Part shown: positions 8,892 through 16,626 of the stretch, in pieces
Layout: each line of letters opens with the position of its first letter
Numbering within the stretch: the stretch's first letter is position 1
Origin: Pseudomonadota bacterium
GTDB lineage: Bacteria > Pseudomonadota > Alphaproteobacteria > Rhizobiales > JANQQB01
Assembly (NCBI GenBank): GCA_038745065.1
Contig: JBCDLT010000022.1
Location: 19,887-83,886, forward strand
Reading direction: 5' to 3'
Length of the DNA: 64,000 nucleotides
Translations under genes and position numbers: made by a program
The notes under the pieces: generated by a model
Databases searched by the model: none
What the model was told of the DNA's origin: nothing
What the model saw: the letters and a program-made list of their open reading frames with translations, nothing else

Positions 8892-10070
8892 ATGACAATG
8901 ACCAGATCGCTTGTATTCGCCGCCGCCCTGTGCCTGGCCGTTCCGGCCGGTGCCTATGAACCGATCGTGGAAAAACAGAGTTTCACGATTGCCGAATTCA
9001 CCACCCAATCCGGCCAAACCATCAAGGATGTGCGGCTCGGCTGGGAAGCCTACGGCACACTCAACGCGGAACGCGACAACGCAATCCTCATCCCGCACTT
9101 CTTTTCCGGTAATTCCCATGCCGCCGGACGGTATTCGGCGGACGATACGGCACGCGGTTATTGGGATGCCATCATAGGATCCGGCAAGCCGATCGATACG
9201 GACCGTTTTTATGTGATCTCGGTCGATACGCCGGTCAATCTCGGCGCCAATTCGCCCACCGTCATCACCACCGGGCCGGCCTCCACCAATCCCGATACCG
9301 GCAAACCCTATGGCATGGACTTTCCGATCCTGACGATCCGCGACTTCGTGGAAACCCAGAAGGCGCTGCTCGACCAGCTTGGCATCGAGAAGCTCTACGC
9401 CGTGATGGGTGCCTCCATGGGCGCGCTGCAATCCTATGAATGGGCGGCCGCCTATCCGGACCGCGTCGAGCGCGTGATTCCGGTGATCGGGTCCGGATGG
9501 AGCGACGGCGACCTGATCGCCTGGCTGAACATCTGGGCGGCGCCGATCCGGCTCGATGCGAACTGGAACGGCGGCGATTATTACGACGGCGAGCCGCCGC
9601 TGCGCGGCCTTGCCGAAGCGCTCAAGATCGTCACACTGCACGCCCAAAACCCCGAATGGTCGAACGGCGTGTTCGGACGCGCCTGGGCGGAAGACGGGGT
9701 GGACCCGGCCGGCGGGTTCGACAAGCTGTTCAAGATCGAGGCGGTGCTCGACAGTGTCGGCGCGGCGCGAGCAAAAACGTCGGACGCCAATCATTTCCTC
9801 TATCTGGCCAAGGCCAATCAGCTGTTTTATGCCGGGCACGGCGACAAGCTGCTGGACGGCCTGCTTGCGATCGACAGCCCCGTCCTGATCATCCATACCG
9901 ACGAGGATCTGGTGTTTCCCGGCAACGCCGTGCGCGAGACCGCGGCGATCATCAAGTCCGACGGCACGCCGGTGGAGATCGTCGAACTGGAAGGCACGCG
10001 CGGACATCTCGACGGCGTGCTGTCGATCAGCCAAGCCGGCCCGCGCATCAAGGCGTTTCTTGAGAAATAG
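8892..10070 (+). CDS. MetX-like (homoserine O-acetyltransferase family) alpha/beta hydrolase with an N-terminal signal peptide
   Basis: GGGAGG immediately upstream of ATG 8892 (the second ATG at 8898 has better spacing). Signal peptide MTMTRSLVFAAALCLAVPAGA/YEP. MetX-fold blocks NAILIPHFFSGNSH and nucleophile elbow MGASMGA. Candidate triad Asp (TDEDLVFP) and His (GTRGHLD). Confidence 0.8.
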   Translation: MTMTRSLVFAAALCLAVPAGAYEPIVEKQSFTIAEFTTQSGQTIKDVRLGWEAYGTLNAERDNAILIPHFFSGNSHAAGRYSADDTARGYWDAIIGSGKPIDTDRFYVISVDTPVNLGANSPTVITTGPASTNPDTGKPYGMDFPILTIRDFVETQKALLDQLGIEKLYAVMGASMGALQSYEWAAAYPDRVERVIPVIGSGWSDGDLIAWLNIWAAPIRLDANWNGGDYYDGEPPLRGLAEALKIVTLHAQNPEWSNGVFGRAWAEDGVDPAGGFDKLFKIEAVLDSVGAARAKTSDANHFLYLAKANQLFYAGHGDKLLDGLLAIDSPVLIIHTDEDLVFPGNAVRETAAIIKSDGTPVEIVELEGTRGHLDGVLSISQAGPRIKAFLEK

Positions 10071-10099
10071 AGCCGACGACTTGACAGGCCGGGGCGGTT

Positions 10100-11029
10100 T
10101 CAGAAACCGACCCGGTCCCCGCCTTTCAAGGCCAGTGCGGACCGAGCCTCCGCCGGCGTCGCGATTTCGTGGCCGAGATGTTCCACGATCGTGCGAACCT
10201 TGGTGACCTGCTCGGCATTGTCCCTGGCCAGCTGACCGCGCCCGATCATCAAACTGTCCTCCAGCCCGACCCGGACATTGCCGCCAAGGATGACTCCCAT
10301 CGTGCCAAGCGGCATCTGATGGCGTCCGGCGGCGAGCACCGAAAACCGATAATCCTCACCGAGCAGCCGGTCCGCCGTCTGTTTCATGTGCAGCAATTGA
10401 TCGGGATGGGCATCCACCCCGCCGAGGATGCCCAAAACAAACTGGACAAAGACCGGCGGTTCGACATGCCCGGCTTTCAGGTAATGGGCGAGCGTCTGAA
10501 GATGGCCGGTGTCGTAACATTCGAACTCGAAGCGCGTGCCGTTTTCCCGTCCGAAGGCGAGAACCGTCTCGATGTCGGCAAACGTGTTCTTGAACACGAA
10601 GTCCTTCGTCGACTGGAGGAACGGTTCTTCCCAATCGTGTTTCCAGGACGTGTACTTTCCGGCCATCGGAAACGTGCCGAAATTCATCGACCCCATATTC
10701 AGCGAACACATTTCCGGACTGGCGCGGCGCGGTGCGGCCAGCCGGTCCTCCAGCTTCATGTTCGAGCCGCCGCCGGTGGTGATGTTCACCACCGCGTCGG
10801 TCGCCTGCTTGATGCGCGGCAGGAAATCCATGAACACGTCGGGATCCGGGGTCGGCAGGCCGGTTGCCGGATCCCTTGCGTGCAGGTGAAGGATGGCAGC
10901 GCCGGCCTCGGCGGCCCCGATCGCCTGTTCCGCAATCTCGGCCGGCGTCACCGGCAGGTACGGCGACATCGTCGGAGTATGGATCGAGCCGGTGACGGCG
11001 CAGGTGATGATGATCTTGTTGTCGGCCAT
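10100..11029 (-). CDS. 3-keto-5-aminohexanoate cleavage enzyme family protein (BKACE/DUF849)
   Basis: MADNKIIITCAVTGS, ILHLHARD and NITTGGG blocks are typical of BKACE. GAGAGGA SD upstream. Confidence 0.85.
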   Translation of the reverse strand: MADNKIIITCAVTGSIHTPTMSPYLPVTPAEIAEQAIGAAEAGAAILHLHARDPATGLPTPDPDVFMDFLPRIKQATDAVVNITTGGGSNMKLEDRLAAPRRASPEMCSLNMGSMNFGTFPMAGKYTSWKHDWEEPFLQSTKDFVFKNTFADIETVLAFGRENGTRFEFECYDTGHLQTLAHYLKAGHVEPPVFVQFVLGILGGVDAHPDQLLHMKQTADRLLGEDYRFSVLAAGRHQMPLGTMGVILGGNVRVGLEDSLMIGRGQLARDNAEQVTKVRTIVEHLGHEIATPAEARSALALKGGDRVGF

Positions 11030-11214
11030 GATCGGTCCTCTCCCGGGCCATCCGCGTTTTCTGCCGTAGGGCTGCCCGGCGCGGAAATCAGTTTTTCACA
11101 GCCGGATCCCGACGCCCGACACCGTCAGTCTGTTTTGTTTCAGACAGGATCGGACGATCGTGGAGAGATTGCTTCGCGCGTCCGACAGAATTCTTCGCAA
11201 AACCGAACCTGAGC

Positions 11215-12276
11215 TCAGGACGCAATCGAAATCAGCCGGTCAAGCGGCAAGGCATGGGCGGTCCGACCCTGCCATCCGTTCATCGTCTCGGCACAGCACA
11301 GCGCGTTCCAGATGCTTTCCTCGGTCGCTTCGATAACGGATTCAAACAGCGGCCCCAGCGCCATGTCGGGCAGGAATCGGGCCGTGTGTATCCGCTCCTC
11401 GTCCGCGGCCGAATGTGTGTTGCCGGTGGAGAACGCCAGGAAGAGATCGCCGCTCGACGGGGCACCGGTTCCGCCCACCCGGCCCACACCCAATCCGGCG
11501 CGCTGCGCCATACGGCGGCATTGATGCGGCAGCAGCGGCGCGTCGGTCGCGACCACCGCGATGATGGAACCCTGGTCGCGCGGCCGCGGCCACGGCAATG
11601 GCACCTCCTCGGCCGGGATCGCCTCGCCCACGGCCAAACCGCCAAGCCGCAATTGATGCCGCAGCCCGTAATTCGACTGGACGAGCACACCGACCGTCCA
11701 AGTCTCGCCGGCGCAGCCGACACGGCGCGAGGCGGTACCGATACCCGCCTTGAATTCGTGGGTGATCATGCCGGTACCGCCGCCAACGCAGCCTTCCGCG
11801 ACCGGTCCGTCGGACGCGTTCCCGATCGCGGCAGTGAGATGGTGCGGCCGTACCGGAAAGCTCGCGGTATCGCTGAGCCAACCGTCATAGGTCTCGCCCA
11901 CAAGAGGCAGGCAGAAATCGAACGGAAAGTCTCCGGACAATTCCCATCCGACGAGCCCTTCATGCACGGCGCCCACGCAATGCGTCCCTGTCAGCGCAAG
12001 CGGACCGCACATCAGACCGAACTCGTCCAGAAACGCCAGCCCGGTCATTTCGCCGTTGCCGTTGAGGATATGTGAGCCGGCAAATAAATGGCGCGTGGTG
12101 ATCGCGCCGTTCTCCGGGACCACGACAGTGACACCGGAACGGACCATAGTCGGATCGTCATGCCAGACCGTCTCATGACCGACCAGGACGCCCGGAACAT
12201 CAGTGATGGCATTATGGGTCGCGGTCGGCAGGCGCCCGATCGTCAGACCCAGATCCCTGAGGCGCTTTCTTTCCAT
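11215..12276 (-). CDS. DmpA/BapA-type aminopeptidase (peptidase family S58/P1, Ntn hydrolase)
   Basis: GGGTGM block and the self-processing site context DQG/SIIAVVATDAPLL, which matches the Gly-Ser autocleavage site of DmpA-type enzymes. Confidence 0.8.
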   Translation of the reverse strand: MERKRLRDLGLTIGRLPTATHNAITDVPGVLVGHETVWHDDPTMVRSGVTVVVPENGAITTRHLFAGSHILNGNGEMTGLAFLDEFGLMCGPLALTGTHCVGAVHEGLVGWELSGDFPFDFCLPLVGETYDGWLSDTASFPVRPHHLTAAIGNASDGPVAEGCVGGGTGMITHEFKAGIGTASRRVGCAGETWTVGVLVQSNYGLRHQLRLGGLAVGEAIPAEEVPLPWPRPRDQGSIIAVVATDAPLLPHQCRRMAQRAGLGVGRVGGTGAPSSGDLFLAFSTGNTHSAADEERIHTARFLPDMALGPLFESVIEATEESIWNALCCAETMNGWQGRTAHALPLDRLISIAS

Positions 12277-12392
12277 GAAACCCGTCCCGGCGGTTTGTTT
12301 CGATGAGGCTTGATGTCGATCCGCTCACTGTGGAGTCTCTCGCATCGTCAGACAATCATCGATGCGTATCGCGATCCCGAAAACATCCCGCA

Positions 12393-13292
12393 TCAGCTCC
12401 AGGCGACCTTGTCACGCAGGAAATCGATGGCGACACGTGTCTTGATCGGCAGATAGGCGCGGCTGGGATAGAGTGCCCAGGCGGCTGTCTCAAAATCCGT
12501 CGCAGTCGCGGCGTGATCGGGAAACAGGTCGATCAGCCGGCCCGTCGCAAGGTCGTCACCCACCAGCCAATCGGCTATGAGTGCCGGGCCCAAGCCCTGC
12601 AGAACTGCCGAGCGCAGGCTCAAGGCCGATGAGACCAGGACATCGCCGGCTACCGGAACACGGATCTCGGTGCCGGACGCTCCGCGCAACCGCCATTCGG
12701 AGCGATAGCCTGGCAACGTGAACAAGAGGCAGCGCACGCTTTCCAGATCGGTCGGGTCCTGAAGAACCGCGTTGCGCTCGACCCAGTCCGGGCTGGCACA
12801 GACATGATAGCGGGTGGCAAACAGTTTTGTGCCGATGAGACCCGGTTCGGGCTGAGCGCCCAGCCGGATGGCAAGATCCACACCTTCCGCCACGAGGTTC
12901 AGGTTCTTGTCGGTCAGAAGCAGTTCCAGCCGTAGGTCGGGATAAGCCTGCCGGAACGCCGGCACCAGCGGCACGATCACCCGTTCGCCGAACGCCACCG
13001 ACGCGGTCAGCCGCAATGTCCCCGACGGCCGGGCAGAGATGGACCTTGCCTCGTCGCGCGCCTCGTCCAATCCGTCCAGCAATGCTGAAACGCGCCGAAA
13101 GTAGAGGTCACCCGCTTCGGTCAGGGTCATGCGCCGCGTCGTCCGGTGAAGCAACCGAATGCCGAGATCGGCCTCCAGAGACCCGATCGCCCGCGATACC
13201 GAGGACGGATTGATATCCCGGTCTCCCGCGACAGCGGCAAAGCTCAGCCGCCTCGCCACGTCAACGAAAAGGCGTAGTGCTTCAACATCCAT
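12393..13292 (-). CDS. LysR family transcriptional regulator
   Basis: N-terminal HTH (FAAVAGDRDINPSSVSRAIGSLEADLGIRLLHRTTRRMTLTEAG) plus a LysR substrate-binding domain. Confidence 0.9.
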   Translation of the reverse strand: MDVEALRLFVDVARRLSFAAVAGDRDINPSSVSRAIGSLEADLGIRLLHRTTRRMTLTEAGDLYFRRVSALLDGLDEARDEARSISARPSGTLRLTASVAFGERVIVPLVPAFRQAYPDLRLELLLTDKNLNLVAEGVDLAIRLGAQPEPGLIGTKLFATRYHVCASPDWVERNAVLQDPTDLESVRCLLFTLPGYRSEWRLRGASGTEIRVPVAGDVLVSSALSLRSAVLQGLGPALIADWLVGDDLATGRLIDLFPDHAATATDFETAAWALYPSRAYLPIKTRVAIDFLRDKVAWS

Positions 13293-13329
13293 TCCTGCAC
13301 AATCCGCATGAGAAATAAGATGCAGAAAA

Positions 13330-13351
13330 CCTTATCTGCATGCTGCGCAAA
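13330..13351. promoter_or_regulatory. Perfect 7-bp dyad ATGCAGA-N8-TCTGCAT: candidate LysR operator, or a stem-loop after the GFA gene
   Basis: Read directly. It lies 38-59 nt upstream of the LysR start codon and about 25 nt downstream of the GFA stop on the minus strand. Confidence 0.3.
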
Positions 13352-13374
13352 AATAAATCGGTGCGAAGACGGGA

Positions 13375-13806
13375 TCACTCCCAAGCGGGCAATGGACCTT
13401 CGAACCCCTCGGCAAACCCGGTCAACGGTTCTGCGGCGATCGCCCAGTCGACCCGACTGCGGGTCCAGATTTCAAAGGCCGGCCGGAACAGGCCCGGATC
13501 GTCCAGCGTGCCCGCCTTGACCGAATAACGCTCCGGATCGGGCCAGGGCGAGGTCATCACATGACCGGAACAGCGCTCGCAGGCATGGCGCGCGACCGTG
13601 CGGCCGCTGTCCGCGGTCTTGGTCCACGTGGTCAGGGCTCCGGAAACGCTTAAGGCGGAAGCCGCGACAACGATCGCCGCGTGGTAAGCCGCACCGCCGT
13701 AAACCCGGCAATCGCTGCAATGGCAGTAATAATGCAGTCTCGACCCCGTGCGTACCGAATAGCGCACAGCGCCGCAGAGACATCCGCCGGCAAGGTCAAT
13801 TGTCAT
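13375..13806 (-). CDS. GFA (glutathione-dependent formaldehyde-activating enzyme-like) family zinc protein
   Basis: Cys motifs CLCGAVRY, CHCSDCR and CERCSGH. Confidence 0.8.
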   Translation of the reverse strand: MTIDLAGGCLCGAVRYSVRTGSRLHYYCHCSDCRVYGGAAYHAAIVVAASALSVSGALTTWTKTADSGRTVARHACERCSGHVMTSPWPDPERYSVKAGTLDDPGLFRPAFEIWTRSRVDWAIAAEPLTGFAEGFEGPLPAWE

Positions 13807-13883
13807 GATTATTCTCCTGAACCCGTGCCGGGATCAGAGCCGAAGGGCAAAGCCCGCGTCAAGATGCCTGGCCGCCGAGGGTC

Positions 13884-13910
13884 GATTCACTGGATTCACT
13901 GGATTCGGGA
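13884..13910. repeat. Tandem 9-mer GATTCACTG x2 plus a degenerate third copy GATTCGGGA
   Basis: Read directly in the 250-bp divergent spacer between the GFA gene and the class II aldolase gene. Confidence 0.7.
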
Positions 13911-14056
13911 TGCCGTGTTCTCTTTCGCACCGGCGGCCACTACCTTGCCTCGACAGGCCCGCCGTGACCTGAAACAATGGCCGTGACCATGGGCATGAAC
14001 GGGCGCGCGCGAGCCGCTCGCCGGTTCAAAACAAGAACAGGGACAAGGAGCAAGCC

Positions 14057-14794
14057 ATGCTGAACGCGGTTCCGGAAGCAACGATCGAGGCGGCCCGGAT
14101 CGACATGGCCGTAGTGCTGCGGCTCGCCGCACGATTCGACCTGCATGAGGGCATCGACAACCATTTCAGCTATTCCTGCGGGGACGGAACGTTCCTTTTG
14201 AACCGATGGGGCGTGCACTGGTCGCGCATGAAACGTCGCGATATCCTGCGCGTCGACAGCCAGGGCGACATCCTGACCGGATCGGGCAGCATAGAACGCA
14301 CGGCCTTCATGATTCACGAAGCCTTCCACCGCCTTTGCCCGAAGGCGATCGCCGTATTCCACACGCACATGCCCTATACGACGGCGATTGCCTGCACGCA
14401 TCCGGGTCGGATCGAACCGATCAGCCAGAACGCACTTCGCTATTACGGGGCGATCGCCTACGAAGACGCCTATGACGGCCTGGCCAACGACCGCGAAGAA
14501 GGCGAGCGCCTGGCACGCGGCGCCGGGGACAAGTTTATCGTGATGCTGAAGAACCACGGGGTCATGGTCTGCGGCCCGACGATCGGCGTCGCCTTCAACG
14601 ATCTGTATTTCCTGGAACGCACCGCAAAGGTCCAGGTTCTGGCAAAGGCATCGGGCGGCGAACTCGCGCTCATTCCCCATGACGTCGCACAGAAGACCGC
14701 CGATCAGATCGGAGAAATCGACGAAGACAAGGAAACGCATTTTCAGGTCCTGAAAGACATGGTCCTGGAAGAGAATCCGGAAACCGTGGACTGA
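14057..14794 (+). CDS. Class II aldolase/adducin family protein
   Basis: AAGGAG SD. The family pattern includes the metal-binding His cluster (IAVFHTHMPY) and KNHGVMVCG. Confidence 0.8.
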   Translation: MLNAVPEATIEAARIDMAVVLRLAARFDLHEGIDNHFSYSCGDGTFLLNRWGVHWSRMKRRDILRVDSQGDILTGSGSIERTAFMIHEAFHRLCPKAIAVFHTHMPYTTAIACTHPGRIEPISQNALRYYGAIAYEDAYDGLANDREEGERLARGAGDKFIVMLKNHGVMVCGPTIGVAFNDLYFLERTAKVQVLAKASGGELALIPHDVAQKTADQIGEIDEDKETHFQVLKDMVLEENPETVD

Positions 14795-14854
14795 CGTTCG
14801 GCCTGAGCGTTTTGTTCGGGCGGACCTCGGTTCACGCGGCGGGGACCGATTGCC

Positions 14855-16231
14855 ATGCCAGCCATTCCTGCCCTGGTGCCGCGCGGAGACGGGCACCAGT
14901 TCGTGCTCTACGCGGATTCATGCTCCGGCGTGCCGGGCGCGCCGCATGCGGCAACCCATGCCCGGGTCAACGCGGTCGTGCAATCGCTGGACCCGGCGCC
15001 GGAATTCGTGGTCTATCCCGGCGATGAAATTATCGGCCTGACGACCAGCGAAACCGCGCTCCGGGCGCAATGGGCCTATTGGCTCGATACGGAAATGGCC
15101 TGGCTCGACCGGTCGACCACGCCGCTCTACAACACAACCGGCAATCACACGACCTACGACGCGATGAGCGCTCGCGTATTCGGCGACGTTCTGCAACACC
15201 TGCCGCAAAACGGCCCGGCCGGTCAGAAGGGCCTTAGCTATTTCGTCCGGCGGGGCGAGCTTCTTATGGTCTTCGTCGATACGCTATGCGCCGAACTCGG
15301 CGGCGAGGGTCGTGTCGAGACGGACTGGCTGGCCGCAACCTTGCGGGATCACGAGGATGCCCGCTGGAAACTCGTCGCCGGCCACCACCCCGTTTTTGCG
15401 GTCAACGGGTTTGCCGGGCCCTATGCCCGACAGATCGGCCCGGACTATGCCGACCGCTTCTGGTCGCTGCTCGTTGAAAATGGCGTGCTGGCCTATCTGT
15501 GCAGTCATATCCTCGCCTTTGACGTTCAGGTCCAGGAGGGCGTACTTCAAGTAACGACCGCCGGCGCCGGGACTGCCCATCGCATGCCGGAAGGCATCGA
15601 ATATCTGCATTGCGTGCAAGCTGCGATCGACGCGGCCGGCCTGCGATACCAGGTGCTCGACGACGACGGCGTGATCCGCGAATGCCTGTCCTGGCCGCCA
15701 GACCTGCCCGACAGGGATACCTGGCGACCCATTGAATCCTCCCTTGTCTTGCCCTTCGAAGCCGATGCAGACGCGGATCGAGGCGCCCTGATCGCCTTGC
15801 GTCTGGCCGGTCGGACGACGCGCCGTGCCGATGCCCAGACATTGCTGGCCGCGACGCCTGCCGGCCATCGCCCGCCCGCGATGTGGATCGGACTGACGGG
15901 CGCGGAACAACGCCTGACGGCTACCCTGGCACCGACAGCCGGCCGATCGCCGCACTATTGGTTCGGTCCCGCGTTCGGCGCCGAGACCGCCTTCGATGCC
16001 GACCTGGCGATCCATACCGGCATGGGCCCCGGCGGCCTGCTTTGGCGTCTGCCCGAGGGGCCCTGGACATCGCTTGCATCCGCTTCGGCCTGGGGCGCAG
16101 AACGCCTGCATTGGCGGGAAAACTGGACGGTGGGACACGGACCGAAGGGGGAGCGGGACTCACCCTTCCTCGGCTCGGATCTATCGGTGCGCACATCGGG
16201 CTTCCGGATTCAGGACGCGTGCCGACCCTAG
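14855..16231 (+). CDS. Metallophosphoesterase-like protein with an uncharacterised ~170-aa C-terminal extension
   Basis: Calcineurin-like motifs YPGDEI (GD), TGNHT (GNH) and AGHHP (GH). The first DxH motif is atypical (YADSCSG). I do not recognise the C-terminal third. Confidence 0.65.
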   Translation: MPAIPALVPRGDGHQFVLYADSCSGVPGAPHAATHARVNAVVQSLDPAPEFVVYPGDEIIGLTTSETALRAQWAYWLDTEMAWLDRSTTPLYNTTGNHTTYDAMSARVFGDVLQHLPQNGPAGQKGLSYFVRRGELLMVFVDTLCAELGGEGRVETDWLAATLRDHEDARWKLVAGHHPVFAVNGFAGPYARQIGPDYADRFWSLLVENGVLAYLCSHILAFDVQVQEGVLQVTTAGAGTAHRMPEGIEYLHCVQAAIDAAGLRYQVLDDDGVIRECLSWPPDLPDRDTWRPIESSLVLPFEADADADRGALIALRLAGRTTRRADAQTLLAATPAGHRPPAMWIGLTGAEQRLTATLAPTAGRSPHYWFGPAFGAETAFDADLAIHTGMGPGGLLWRLPEGPWTSLASASAWGAERLHWRENWTVGHGPKGERDSPFLGSDLSVRTSGFRIQDACRP

Positions 16232-16419
16232 AGATCCGATCGCGAGCCCGGCCGACCCGTCAGAACCTTTCATAAAAACAGTCTGAATCCTTCAGGTTTG
16301 CGGTTCTCCGCATGACCACATGCGTCCTGTCGGCGTCCGTCGCCGTTCCGTGCTGGCACAGAAGCGGAACGGAAGCGCGGGCGCCGACATGCCCGAACCA
16401 AGCTTGAAGGAGACCCGTC

Positions 16420-16626
16420 GTGCCAAAATCTTTCCCGGAAAAAACACCGTCGGCCCTCGCCGCCTTGGCGACATCGCCCGTTCGCATTCTTCGGCCGCGC
16501 GATGCGGGAGCGGATTCCCTGTTCGGCGTCCCGATCCAGAGCCGGCCGCAGACAAGCTGGCGTCAGGAGCCCGACCAGCCGGTTACAGAGAGCCTCGCCG
16601 ACCTGGCGCGGAAGGCCATCCCGTGA
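16420..16626 (+). CDS. Candidate small protein (68 aa), translationally coupled to the downstream methyltransferase
   Basis: GAAGGAG lies 7 nt upstream of GTG 16420. The stop overlaps GTG 16623 as GTGA. Third-position G/C is 51/68 by hand count, the highest of the three forward frames here. Confidence 0.35.
   Translation: MPKSFPEKTPSALAALATSPVRILRPRDAGADSLFGVPIQSRPQTSWRQEPDQPVTESLADLARKAIP

Noticed and set aside
8835-11212. ORFs 8835..10034 (-, 399 aa) and 10169..11212 (+, 347 aa)
   Set aside because: They are antisense to the MetX-like and BKACE genes respectively, with low-complexity Arg/Gly-rich translations and no SD or motifs.
13940-14896. ORF 13940..14896 (-, 318 aa)
   Set aside because: It is antisense to the class II aldolase gene, which has an AAGGAG SD and recognisable family motifs.
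16320-16622. N-terminal 100-codon extension of the methyltransferase ORF (track start 16320)
   Set aside because: The translation is Arg/Pro/Gly-rich and the frame has the lowest third-position G/C of the three forward frames here. The methyltransferase fold begins after 16623/16638. The overlapping 16420..16626 frame looks more coding-like.
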